Assembly: GCA_046726415.1 (NCBI GenBank)
Contig: JBKPAK010000195.1
Coordinates: forward strand, 1-13,982
Direction: 5' to 3'
Origin: Candidatus Methylomirabilota bacterium
GTDB taxonomy: Bacteria > Methylomirabilota > Methylomirabilia > Rokubacteriales > CSP1-6
DNA: 13,982 nucleotides
Shown: positions 1 to 8,504 of the stretch, piece after piece
Numbering within the stretch: position 1 is the first letter of the stretch
Layout of the letters: each line of letters begins with the position of its first letter
Notes under the pieces: generated by a model
Database searches by the model: none
What the model was told of the DNA's origin: nothing
What the model saw: the letters and a program-made list of their open reading frames with translations, nothing else
Position numbers and translations under genes: made by a program

Positions 1-339
1 GGGCGGAGTGGCGCACCGCTGAGCGCCGTGGTGAGCTTCCACGGGGGGCTCGAGGCGCCGAAGCCGGAGGATGCCAGAAACATCCGCGCCAAGGTGCTCG
101 TCTGCCACGGCGCGAGCGACCCGCTGATTCCGCCCGAGCAAGTCGCCGCGTTCGAGGCGCAGATGCGGGACACCAAGGTCGACTGGCAGCTCTGCAGCTA
201 CGGCGGCGCGGTGCACAGCTTCACGAACCCGGATGCCGACAAGCTTGGCAACCCGGCGCTCGCCTACAACGCGGCCGCTGATCGGCGCTCCTGGGCCGCG
301 CTGCTCTCGCTGTTCGAGGAGGCGTTCGGCTCGCGCTGA
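1..339 (+). CDS. Dienelactone hydrolase family protein, C-terminal part (cut by window edge)
   Basis: Frame 1 is open from base 1: [17 protein letters not shown]...[14 protein letters not shown]...[14 protein letters not shown]...[10 protein letters not shown]. These are typical DLH motifs including the catalytic Asp and His. TGA at 337-339. Confidence 0.9.
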   Translation, partial: GRSGAPLSAVVSFHGGLEAPKPEDARNIRAKVLVCHGASDPLIPPEQVAAFEAQMRDTKVDWQLCSYGGAVHSFTNPDADKLGNPALAYNAAADRRSWAALLSLFEEAFGSR

Positions 340-509
340 CACCAGTGAGGCTCTATCAAGGGCCTGGGCGCTCCGGTCGCGCGCTGAGAGCCCTGTGCAG
401 ACCCTGATGACGTCCTCATCGGCCAGGGGGATCGAGATCGCGGTAGCCAGCAGGGGTACGTCTTCCGAGGCAGACGTAAAGACTTCGAGTTCATGACGGC
501 CCACCAAGT

Positions 510-817
510 TCGCTCCCCGCCTCCGCCAAGTTCCGCCTGGAGTGCGCGCATCCTGTCGGCGCATCTCGGACTACGCCAGGACGGGCGGAGGCGCAGGCTC
601 GCTTCTCGTCGCCCGAGGCCTACACCCCGAGACACCTGGCCGAGAAGATCCTCACGTCCAAGAGCGCCCTCGAGGGCAGCGCAAGCAGGTGACCGTGCTC
701 TTCGCCGATCTCAAGGGCTCGATGTAGCTGCTCGCCGACCGCGACCCCGAGGAGGCGCGCACGCTCCTCGACCCCGTCCTCGAACGGATGATGGAGGCGG
801 TGCACCGCTACGAGGGC
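510..817 (+). pseudogene. N-terminal fragment of a zinc-ribbon + class III adenylate/guanylate cyclase (cyclase-ATPase-TPR type)
   Basis: LPASAKFRLECAHPV...PEAYTPRHLAEKILTSKSALEG / RKQVTVLFADLKGSM*LLADRDPEEARTLLDPVLERMMEAVHRYEG. One base is missing at about 678 (GGC [G]AG CGC), TAG replaces GAG at 725-727, a zinc-ribbon Cys reads CGC (534-536), and homology stops after YEG. Confidence 0.85.
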
Positions 818-1228
818 CCAGATGTGGAACCTGCTCGCGGGGACGGGGGGGCTGGTCTCGGTCGGCCAGCAGGCCTACTTGAGACTGGGAGCTACGCCCT
901 GGTGACGCTGGCCGACCTGGGCGGGCTCGATCCGTTTGTCTGCGTGCCGCTCGGCAGGTTGATCGCGGGCCTGGCGGCGCTGCCGATCTCGCGCGTTGCC
1001 TTCCGGCTCCAGGGTGGCGACTTCGCCATCGGCACCTGGGTGATCACCGAGGTGTTTCGCCTCACCGCCGCGAATACCCGGGCCCTCGGCGGTGGCTCGG
1101 GACAGAGCCTCATCTCGATGCGCGCCTATCCGCGAGCGCTCCGCGAGGCCGCGACGTACTGGATGGCCCTGGCCTTGCTGGTCCTCGCTCTGGCCTCGAT
1201 CTACTGGCTGCTGCGCTCGCGCTTCGGC
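816..1228 (+). pseudogene. livM: Internal fragment of a branched-chain amino acid ABC transporter permease
   Basis: AQMWNLLAGTGGLVSVGQQAY / GSYALV...AFRLQGGDFAIGTWVITEVFRL...LGGGSG...YWMALAL...YWLLRSRFG, which are LivM motifs. 1-nt frameshift at about 888. Both ends are missing. Confidence 0.85.
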
Positions 1229-1310
1229 ATTCCGGGAAGAGTGTGAGGTCACCGTCTGAGACCGGCCAAATTCCCGGGAAAGGGAGGGGTGAGAATTTCC
1301 GGAACCCGCA
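1228..1310 (-). mobile_element. Probable isolated terminal end of an IS21-family insertion sequence (no transposase)
   Basis: The minus strand from 1310 reads 5'-TGCGGGTTCCGGAAATTCTC..., i.e. a TG terminus followed by related motifs at 1297-1304 (TTCCGGAA), 1271-1280 (TTCCCGGGAA) and 1230-1238 (TTCCGGGAA). It lies between two truncated genes. Confidence 0.5.
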
Positions 1311-1323
1311 CCCAGCTGCTCGA

Positions 1324-1605
1324 ACCGGCACCCTGCTGGCCCGCAAGGGATACCGGGTCCTCGCCGTCGACCAGGCGACGTTCCCGAGCGACACCATCCA
1401 CGCACGTCGTGCATCCGCTCGCCGTGGCCGCGCTGTCGCAGTGGGGCCTGCTCGATCGCCTCAGGGCGACCGGGTGCCCGCCGGTTCACACGTACGCGTT
1501 CGACTTCGGTCCCTTCACCATCAGCGGGTCGCCCGGCACGGAGGATGCGCCGGTTGCGCACTGCCCGCGACGGACGATTCTGGACAAGCTGCTCGTCGAC
1601 GCGCT
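1324..1605 (+). pseudogene. Fragment of an NAD(P)/FAD-dependent oxidoreductase (geranylgeranyl reductase/halogenase-like N-terminal region)
   Basis: LLARKGYRVLAVDQATFPSDTI / STHVVHPLAVAALSQWGLLDRLRATGCPP...CPRRTILDKLLVDA. Apparent 2-nt deletion at about 1398. The GxGxxG start and the whole C-terminal part are absent. Confidence 0.8.
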
Positions 1606-2013
1606 TGCCCGCCTGCCCCATGTCGACCGAAACGCGACAACGCGCAAGTGAACCGCTCCGCCCCCCGGTATCCGGCCCTTCTCTGTCCACCACCTGGCTT
1701 CCGTCCCGAGGGGCACGGGGGGTCCGTGGCCGAGACCCGGTCCGCGGCAGCTTCGCCGGTCCCCACCCTCGGCTAAGGCCCCTGACGGGGGAAGGATTCG
1801 CGCTCGCGGCCAGGGGAGGAGACCAAGGTTGGCGGGCCGCGCAGCGCGTGACCGTGTTTGGAGGGACTAGCCTCCTGAGTTGCAGGTCCAATCATTCCTC
1901 CTTCGCGCGTGGACGCGCTCCACGACGTCGTCGACCGAGTCTCAGTCAGTCGGGCGGCATCAGTGTTGTCGCCGCGCTCACGGGATGCCTTCGCCCCGGT
2001 CCTCCTCACCCGC

Positions 2014-3573
2014 TCAGGCACGGACGCCGATGATCTTGTCCCAGTCGGTCGCGTGCTGGTAGGCGTGGGCGACCCGCAGGAGGAGCGGATCGTCGAAGAA
2101 ACGCCCGACGAGCTGCATGCTGACCGGGAGACCAGCCGACGACTTGCCCACGGGGAGGGCGAGCGCCGGGTGCCCCGTGTAATTGAAGGGCTGGGTGTTG
2201 CGGGAGAAGCCCCTGGTCATCGCCATGAGGTTGTCCTCGACGGCCTCGAGATAGCTGCTCGGCCGGTGGCTTTTGGGTGCCGTCATGACACAGGTAGGCA
2301 TCACAAGCACATCGACGTCCGCCAGGGCGGCGTCGTAGGCCTTGATGTAGGTGGGCCGCACGTTCTGGGCCTTGGCGTACACGCGGCCGTGGTAGTTGCG
2401 GCGGCTCAGCTCGGCGGCGATGAGCGACAACTTGGTGCGGGGTGCCAGCACATCGGCCTGGGAGGCCCACAGCTTGTTGATGGCCGCGATGAGGGAGGCG
2501 GGGTAGTAGGTCCTGGTGAAGGCGCCGAAGAACCCGGTTCTGAACAGCACCAGGGCGCCTTCGCCCGTGAGCGCGGTCTGGGCCGTGCGGATGGCATGGT
2601 GGGCGGGGATGGACACCTTGGACGCGTCGGCTCCCGTCCGGGCGAGAACGTCCACGGCGGCCAGCACCAGGTCGCGCACGTCGGCCTCCGCCTCGTCGAA
2701 GCCCTCCTGGAGCACGCCGATGCGCAATCCGGCCACGCCCTCGGCCAGGCGGTCCAGCATATCCAGGCGGGTGGGGACCTCGCGCGTCTGGCGGGGATCG
2801 TAGGGGTCGTACCCCGCGGTGGCCTGCAGCGCCGCCGCGGCGTCCGCCACGGTCCGGGTCATGGGGCCCGTGTAATCGATGCTCTGGTCCGAGCCGAACC
2901 CGATCCCGAAGTGCGACACGAGCCCGAACGTGGGCTTGTGGCCGATGATCCCGCAGAACGCGGCTGGGATGCGGATGGAGCCGCCCTGGTCGCCGCCGAA
3001 GGAGATGTCCACCTCGCCCGCGGCCACGGCCGCCGCGGAGCCCGATGACGATCCCCCGGTCACGTGCTCGTGGTGGTGGGGGTTGAGGGGCCGGCCGTAG
3101 TCCCCGATGGCGCCGCCGGTGCCGAATCCGCCACTCAGGCCGTTCATGACGTTCTTGCCGATGATGGTGCCCCCGGCCTGCAGTACGCGGGTGACCACGG
3201 TGGCGTCGAAGTCAGAGACGAAGCCTTCGAGGGCGAAGCAACCAAGGCTCATGGGCATCCCGGCGACCGCGATGTGGTCCTTGTAGCTGACGGTCTTGCC
3301 GTCCAGCACGCCTCCGGCCGCCGCCTCGATCCGGCACTTCCACGTCCAGGCATTGAGCGGGTCTTCTTCTGGGCTCGGCCGGTAACCGGGTGTCCGGGCG
3401 GCCGAGACGATCGGCGGTATGGGCTCCTCCAATCGCGCTTGCACGAAGCTGTCGAACTGGCTCAGCAGTTCCAGGAGGTGCTTCCGGTACAGGCCAGCCT
3501 CCTCCGCACCCAGATGGATTCCCAGTTCCTTGGCCACCGACATGACTTCATCGAGGTCGGGGACTGCGTACAT
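2014..3573 (-). CDS. Amidase-signature family amidase (519 aa)
   Basis: YKDHI (catalytic Lys), TGGSSSGSAAAVAAG, GGDQGGSIRIPAAFCGIIGHKPTFG, NTQPFNYTGHPAL, GLPVSMQLVG. RBS AAGGAG lies upstream of the ATG. Confidence 0.96.
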   Translation of the reverse strand: MYAVPDLDEVMSVAKELGIHLGAEEAGLYRKHLLELLSQFDSFVQARLEEPIPPIVSAARTPGYRPSPEEDPLNAWTWKCRIEAAAGGVLDGKTVSYKDHIAVAGMPMSLGCFALEGFVSDFDATVVTRVLQAGGTIIGKNVMNGLSGGFGTGGAIGDYGRPLNPHHHEHVTGGSSSGSAAAVAAGEVDISFGGDQGGSIRIPAAFCGIIGHKPTFGLVSHFGIGFGSDQSIDYTGPMTRTVADAAAALQATAGYDPYDPRQTREVPTRLDMLDRLAEGVAGLRIGVLQEGFDEAEADVRDLVLAAVDVLARTGADASKVSIPAHHAIRTAQTALTGEGALVLFRTGFFGAFTRTYYPASLIAAINKLWASQADVLAPRTKLSLIAAELSRRNYHGRVYAKAQNVRPTYIKAYDAALADVDVLVMPTCVMTAPKSHRPSSYLEAVEDNLMAMTRGFSRNTQPFNYTGHPALALPVGKSSAGLPVSMQLVGRFFDDPLLLRVAHAYQHATDWDKIIGVRA

Positions 3574-3654
3574 GGGCTTCTCTCCTTTCGCTGGAGGGTG
3601 GTCGCGTCCAGCTCAGACACGATTTCCCGGTCGGACGATGGCGAAACCGCGGCG

Positions 3655-3663
3655 ATCCTAGCA
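3655..3663 (-). promoter_or_regulatory. Candidate extended -10 promoter for the amidase
   Basis: Minus strand TG-C-TAGGAT about 80 nt upstream of the amidase start. No clear -35. Confidence 0.35.
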
Positions 3664-3740
3664 CGACACTCGCGACCCGCGTGGACCGCCCCTTCCGGCA
3701 ATATCGCGGCGACGCACCATCTCATGCCCAAGAGGAGATC

Positions 3741-3841
3741 GTGACCAAGCTCTCACGCCCTCGCAAGCCACATCCGTCATAGAGATCGCCCGCGAACTGC
3801 TCCCGCCCGGCATGAAGCTGATCGTCGTTGATCGCGCGGCA
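3741..3841 (+). pseudogene. Possible N-terminal remnant of a D-2-hydroxyacid dehydrogenase-like gene
   Basis: RBS GAGGAG followed by GTG at 3741, then in a shifted frame SVIEIARELLPPGMKLIVVDR. Recognised by recall only and very short. Confidence 0.3.
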
Positions 3842-4077
3842 TGTCAGCGGCAACTCACCGCTCCACTTCACGTGAGCGCGGCGTCGCTTTCGGCTGCGCT
3901 GATACCCTTGGGCCTGCGCTCAAGTAGCCGAGGCGACCCTGCTCGAGACCATGGCGGACATGTCCGCGCGCCGGCCCGATTCCCCGTGCCCGCGTGCGGG
4001 AATGAGGGGCGGACGGGTTCGATCGCGATCGAGTTGCCACTCGGTAAGAGGACAGTCGACGACGAAGGAGGTGCGTG

Positions 4078-4905
4078 ATGCGCATCGTGGATGCCCAGAT
4101 CCATCTCTGGGGTAGCGGTTTGCCCAGCAATATGGCCCATCGCCAGATCACCTCGTTCACGACCGAGGAAGCTCTGGGCCTGATGGACGAGGGCGGCGTC
4201 GACGCCGCCGTGATCCACCCGCCGGGCTGGGACCCCAACTCCACCGAGATGGCCTTCAAGGCGGTGCGGGACTTTCCAGGCCGCTTCGCGATCCTCGGCG
4301 CCTTCCCGCTGAACCAGCCGGACAAGCGCGCCCTCGTCGATACGTGGCGGAACCAGCCGGGCATGCTCGGCCTGCGCTATGGTTTTCTTCAGGAGCCGAT
4401 GCGGGGCTGGCTGGCCGATGGGACGCTCGACTGGTTGTGGGCCGCCGCCGAGCGGGCTGGCGTGCCGATCGCCATGCTGGCGGCCGACTCCCTCCCGCAT
4501 ATCGGCCGGATCGCCGAGCGTCATCCGCGGCTGCGGCTGACCATCGACCACCTGGGCGGCCGGGGCGGCACCACCACCCTGAAGGACGACGCCGCGATGG
4601 AGCACATGCCGGAGCTCGTCAAGCTGGCACGGCATCCCAATGTGGCTGTCAAGGCGACCGGCGCACCGGGCTACTGCAGCGGGCCGTATCCGTTCACGAG
4701 CATGCACCCGTACTTGCGCCAGATCTACGACGCGTTCGGACCGGCGCGCATGTTCTGGGGAACCGACATCACGAAGATGCCGTGCTCCTGGCGGCAATGC
4801 GTGACGATGTTCACCGAGGAGCTACCGTGGCTGTCAGAGCGGGACAAGGATCTCGTCATGGGTCAGGCCGTGTGCGACTGGTGGGGCTGGGACCAGCCGG
4901 GCTGA
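4078..4905 (+). CDS. Amidohydrolase family protein (Amidohydro_2; COG3618 lactonase-like)
   Basis: MRIVDAQIHLW...GGVDAAVIHPP...LGLR...TIDHLG...VKATG...FGPARMFWGTD. RBS AAGGAGG precedes GTG ATG, so the start is 4075 or 4078. Confidence 0.93.
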   Translation: MRIVDAQIHLWGSGLPSNMAHRQITSFTTEEALGLMDEGGVDAAVIHPPGWDPNSTEMAFKAVRDFPGRFAILGAFPLNQPDKRALVDTWRNQPGMLGLRYGFLQEPMRGWLADGTLDWLWAAAERAGVPIAMLAADSLPHIGRIAERHPRLRLTIDHLGGRGGTTTLKDDAAMEHMPELVKLARHPNVAVKATGAPGYCSGPYPFTSMHPYLRQIYDAFGPARMFWGTDITKMPCSWRQCVTMFTEELPWLSERDKDLVMGQAVCDWWGWDQPG

Positions 4906-4927
4906 CCACCCGCCGAGCGCTCCGGAC

Positions 4928-5153
4928 TCACACGACGAACTCGTCCAGGTCCCTGGCCAGCGCCACCGGGCCGTCGAAATCGCGCCGGACGTCGCGCTCG
5001 AGCTCCGCGAGCATCGCCGGCGTCATGGACCGGAAGTGCGTGAGGACCAGCCGCTTCACGCCCGCCTCGGCGGCGATCCGGCCGGCGGTGTTCGAGCAGG
5101 CGAGCGTGTGCTCGGCGAGCCCCTTCAGCTCGGGCGTCGTGAGCGCGGCGGCC
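4928..5153 (-). pseudogene. C-terminal fragment of an MBL-fold metallo-hydrolase (RNase Z/AtsA-like)
   Basis: TAGRIAAEAGVKRLVLTHFR...ERDVRRDFDGPVALARDLDEF*, the RNase Z-type motif V region. The HxHxDH N-terminal part is absent. Confidence 0.8.
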
Positions 5154-5285
5154 GGGAGGGGGCGCATGGCGCCTTCGACATCGGAGCCCGTCACCACGGC
5201 CATCACCCCCGGCGCGTTCCTCGCCCGGGCCACGTCGATTCCGCGAATCCGCGCGGGGGCGGTCGGGCTCCGCACCAGGCTGGCG
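5153..5285 (-). pseudogene. Short fragment of a xanthine dehydrogenase/CoxL molybdopterin-binding subunit (a/b hammerhead domain)
   Basis: LVRSPTAPARIRGIDVARARNAPGVMAVVTGSDV matches the family consensus VRSPHAHARIxxIDxxxAxxxPGVxAVxTxxD. Confidence 0.8.
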
Positions 5286-5368
5286 TCCGATCGTCCGCCG
5301 TCATCGGCGAGGTTGGTGGCGAGAGACGTGGCGATGCGGCGACAACAGGGACACCCAAGGAGGGGGCG

Positions 5369-6488
5369 ATGGCCAAGAACGGCTTGCGCGTCATGGACAG
5401 CGACCTGCACGTGGTCGAACCCCGCACGCTCTGGGACGACTATCTCGATCCGCGGTTTCGCGGCCGCATCGTCACCGTGCCCGGCGACTATGGGGCCACT
5501 CGCGCCCACGTCGACGGCAAGGTGCTGCCGCCATATGCGGACCGGCCCGAGCGCCAGCGCGCCTGGTCGTTCCGGCTGAACCGTCCCGGCGCCGAGCGCC
5601 TGCATCGCGGCAGCAAGCCGAAGGAAGCGCTCGAGGCCATGGACATCGAGGGCATCGACGTCGGCATCCTCTTCCGCACCTGGGCGACCCAGGCGATCAA
5701 CATCGACGGCCTGGAGCCTGCCTTCGCCGCGGCCATGAGCCGGGCCTGGAACCGGTGGATCGCCGACTTCTGCCAGGAGAGTCCCGAGCGCCTCAAGGGC
5801 TCGGCGCTCATCCCTCTCCAAGATATCGACCTGGCGGTGGCCGAAGCGCGGTTCGGGGTGTGGGACCTCGGCGCGATCACTCTGGTGCTGCCCTCGCACC
5901 CCATCAACAACCGGCCGATCTACGACCGCTACTACGATCCGCTGTGGGCCGCCGCGCAGGATCTGGACGTCACCGTGTCCTTCCACGGCAACCACGCCGT
6001 CTACGCCGAGCACCTGGCCAAGCGCTATCTCGACAACCTCGTGCTGAGTCACGCGTGCGGCCAGCCCGTGGAGATGATGCTCACCCTCGGAGCAGTGGTG
6101 ACCGGCGGCATCCTCTCGCGCTTTCCGCGCCTGCGCATGGCCTTTCTCGAGGGCAACTGTTCGTGGCTGCCCTGGTTGGCTCTGGGCGCTGGACGAGCGC
6201 TGGGAGTCCTGGGGCGACACCGAGCGGTTCGAGCAGCACGAGAAGCCCTCGGAGCTGTTCCGGCGCCAGTGCTGGGTGTCGATCGAGCCCGAGGAGGCGC
6301 TGGCCAAGTACGTCGTGAAGGAGCTGGGAGACGAGAACTTCGTGGTCTCCACCGACTGGCCGCATGACGATTCGCGCTATCCGCACGCGATCGACACGTT
6401 CCTGGACCTGCCCGACATCGCTATGGAGAGCAAGGCCAGGATCCTCTGGGACAACTGCGCGCGCCTCTACAACCTGGCCCCTCGCTGA
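5369..6488 (+). pseudogene. Amidohydrolase family protein (Amidohydro_2; COG2159 decarboxylase/hydratase-like), full length but with one +1 frameshift
   Basis: RBS AAGGAGG; MAKNGLRVMDSDLHVVEP...RAWNRWIADFC...YDPLWAAAQDL...FPRLRMAFLEGNCSWLPW / WLWALDERWE...KPSELFRRQCWVS...STDWPHDDS...ILWDNCARLY. There is an extra T at about 6176, and removing it gives about 372 aa. Confidence 0.88.
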
Positions 6489-6772
6489 GCGGGCCGAACG
6501 CCGCGCGGGCGACGGACGCGGTTCCCCGCGCCGCCGCCTGGCGCGGCTCGAATACGTTGCTGAACATCACCTGCCCGTGTGGGGCTTGCCGCGGTGCGGG
6601 CGATCTCGACCTGAAATTCGTCCTGCGCTTCGGCGACTCTGTCGACAGTGTCATCGCCGGCAGCAGCGAGCTCACGGGAACGGCGGCGACCGCAGTAGCG
6701 AGACCCTCCCGGCGGGACGTCGGCCCGCGGTCCCTGCGCTAGCGTCTCAGGGCTCCGATGCGGGAGCCGGCG

Positions 6773-7771
6773 TCACAACCGGCTCAACGCCGGCACCAGC
6801 GTCGCCCCCGCGAGTTCGATCATGTCCAGCACCTCTCGTTGCTCCATCTCCGGCCAGAAGAGCCGCAGCGCGACATGGGTCACGCCGAGGTCGCCGAAGC
6901 GGGCCAGCCGCTCGAGACACTCGTGCGGACTTCCGACGATGAAGGGATCGCGCATCATGGCGTCCACGCCCGTCGCCAGCGACTCGCGGGCCGTCGGCAA
7001 CCCGTGCTCCGCGTACCCGCGGTACTTGGCCTCCACGCTCGACCGAGCCCTCCGCCACGCTTCCTCGTGCGTCCTGGCCACGAAGAACTCACGGAGAATC
7101 GGGACCTCGGCTGGCTCCGCGTGGCCGTGTTCCCGGAGACCCTCTCGCCAGAGATGAAGCGATCGCTTCAACGCCGAATAGTCCAGGGTTCCCAGCGCGA
7201 AGAACGGGTGACCGAGCCGGCCCGCGCGCCAGACGGCGGGATCGCTCATCCCGGCCACCCAGATGCGGGGATGCGGCCTCTGAAAGGGGCGCGCTGTCGG
7301 TCGGGCCCCGGTGACGTGGTAGAAGCGCCCGTGATGGGTGACCTCCTCGTCTGTCCACAGCCGCTTCATCAGCGCGAGGCCCTCCTCGAAGCGGCCAACT
7401 CGCTCTGACGACGTGATCCCTGCGGCCTCGAACTCCTCGGCCCGGTAGCCCAGCCCGATCCCGAAGATGAAGCGTCCCTGGCAGATGTGGTCGAGGGTGG
7501 CTACGTCCTCGGCGACTTGCACCGGGTTCAGCAGCGGCGTCAGCAGCACGCCGGTGCCGAGGTCCATCGGGCCCGCTTCTGCGGCGAGGCGGGCCAGAAC
7601 GGGGAAGGGCTGGAAGTGCTGGAAGGGCGCGATGAGCCAGTGGTGGCCCCACGTCGAGAAGTGGAAGCCGGCGGCGCGGGCCGCGCGAAGCTGCTCGAGC
7701 TGATCTTGCCATTGCTGCTGGAGGTCGTGGCCGGCCCCGACGACGTGGCCGACGTGGAATCCGATCTTCAT
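6773..7771 (-). CDS. LLM class flavin-dependent oxidoreductase (luciferase-like monooxygenase), 332 aa
   Basis: GFHFSTWGHHW, LGTGVLLTPLLNPVQVAEDVATLDHICQGRFIFGIGLGYRAEEF, PFQRPHPRIWVAG, IVGSPHECLERL. Confidence 0.95.
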   Translation of the reverse strand: MKIGFHVGHVVGAGHDLQQQWQDQLEQLRAARAAGFHFSTWGHHWLIAPFQHFQPFPVLARLAAEAGPMDLGTGVLLTPLLNPVQVAEDVATLDHICQGRFIFGIGLGYRAEEFEAAGITSSERVGRFEEGLALMKRLWTDEEVTHHGRFYHVTGARPTARPFQRPHPRIWVAGMSDPAVWRAGRLGHPFFALGTLDYSALKRSLHLWREGLREHGHAEPAEVPILREFFVARTHEEAWRRARSSVEAKYRGYAEHGLPTARESLATGVDAMMRDPFIVGSPHECLERLARFGDLGVTHVALRLFWPEMEQREVLDMIELAGATLVPALSRL

Positions 7772-7779
7772 GACCCCGA

Positions 7780-7788
7780 ATTATCGCA
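7780..7788 (-). promoter_or_regulatory. Candidate extended -10 element of a leaderless or near-leaderless transcript
   Basis: Minus strand TG-C-GATAAT ends 8 nt before the LLM ATG. No canonical Shine-Dalgarno is present. Confidence 0.4.
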
Positions 7789-7907
7789 GCGAAACGACTA
7801 CCTTTACTCGAGCGACCAGAACTTGACGATCAGGAGACAACCGTGGCCATGACCAGAAATGCGCCTGGTGCTCCTCGACAAACAGCCCCGCCGTCGAGCG
7901 GCCATCT

Positions 7908-7970
7908 CAGGATGTCAAAACCGTTGCAGATCTGGTGGGTGGTTTGGACGCATGGGAACTGTCTCGTGGC
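7908..7970 (+). pseudogene. Possible C-terminal remnant of a rhodanese domain
   Basis: QDVKTVADLVGGLDAWE resembles the rhodanese C-terminal motif V.xLxGGxxAW. No upstream active-site Cys loop is recognisable. Confidence 0.35.
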
Positions 7971-8066
7971 CAGAGTACGCCTGCGATAAGCGCACCTACG
8001 ATACCTCCGGCTGCCCCAAGCGCGAAGCCAGCAGAGTACCCGTAGCGCGTCATGATGGGACCTAGC

Positions 8067-8096
8067 GCAAACCCGCGCGGCTCACCGCGTTTTTGC
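8067..8096. terminator. Hairpin, possible intrinsic terminator directly after the MDR stop codon
   Basis: GCAAA...CGCGG-CTCA-CCGCG-TTTTTGC: a 5-bp GC stem with a T5 tract on + and an outer GCAAA/TTTGC pairing. Confidence 0.5.
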
Positions 8097-8503
8097 TTAC
8101 ACCGTCACAACAATCTTCCCGAACTGGCCAGTGTTCTCCAGATAGCGGTGCACGTCCCTCATGTCATCGAACTTGAACGTACGATCGATGACGGGCTTGA
8201 GCGCGCCGCGCTCGAGGCCTTTGAGGACAAATTCCACCGCAGCCTTTCGACGTGCCTCATCCCCACTCGTAAGCCAGATATTGTGCCCCTTGATGGTCGG
8301 CGTCTTGGCGATCATCTCCAGCACCGGCAGCGGGGTGATACCCTCGCTGAGCGCACCGTAGATGTACACGACACCCTGGAAGGCCAGCGCAGAAATCAGC
8401 TTCGGGAAGTTCGGGCCGCCGACCGGGTCGAAGGCGACGCGTACGCCCTTTCCGCCGGTGATTCGCATCACTTCCTGCACCAGGTCGACCTCTTCCGTGG
8501 CGG
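8097..8503 (-). pseudogene. C-terminal half of an MDR-superfamily NADPH:quinone oxidoreductase / zinc-binding ADH-like protein
   Basis: ATEEVDLVQEVMRITGGKGVRVAFDPVGG...IYGALS...LKPVIDRTFKFDDMRDVHRYLENTGQFGKIVVTV*. The N-terminal GroES-like domain is missing and the fragment abuts the next gene. Confidence 0.88.
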
Positions 8504-8504
8504 C

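Noticed and set aside
340..510. Minus-strand coding-like stretch LVGRHELEVFTSASEDVPLLATAISIPLADEDVIRVCTGLSARDR
   Set aside because: No start codon context or family that I can recognise. It may be another fragment but cannot be supported.
1650..2010. GC-rich intergenic region with several short hairpins, considered as ncRNA or riboswitch
   Set aside because: No recognisable Rfam-type motif, and short stems are expected at this GC content.
1909..3048. Long ORFs antisense to or overlapping real genes (also 875-1891, 3868-4797, 4344-5579, 8986-10473, 10546-11205)
   Set aside because: Shadow ORFs typical of high-GC DNA, with no family motifs.
4928..6352. 474-aa minus-strand ORF as a single gene
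   Set aside because: Its first roughly 350 residues are antisense to the amidohydrolase and its leader. Only the last roughly 120 are the CoxL and MBL fragments.
6489..6742. Small ORF with CPCGAC (6557-6742) as a metal-binding peptide or RiPP precursor
   Set aside because: No RBS, a TTG start, no recognisable family and no modifying enzymes nearby. It may be another unassigned fragment.
6751..6768. GGCTCC-N6-GGAGCC hairpin after the LLM stop as a terminator
   Set aside because: No U-tract on either strand.
8052..8504. N-terminal extension of the 337-aa ORF 8052-9065
   Set aside because: It is the reverse complement of the MDR oxidoreductase fragment and terminator. The real gene likely starts at 8505.
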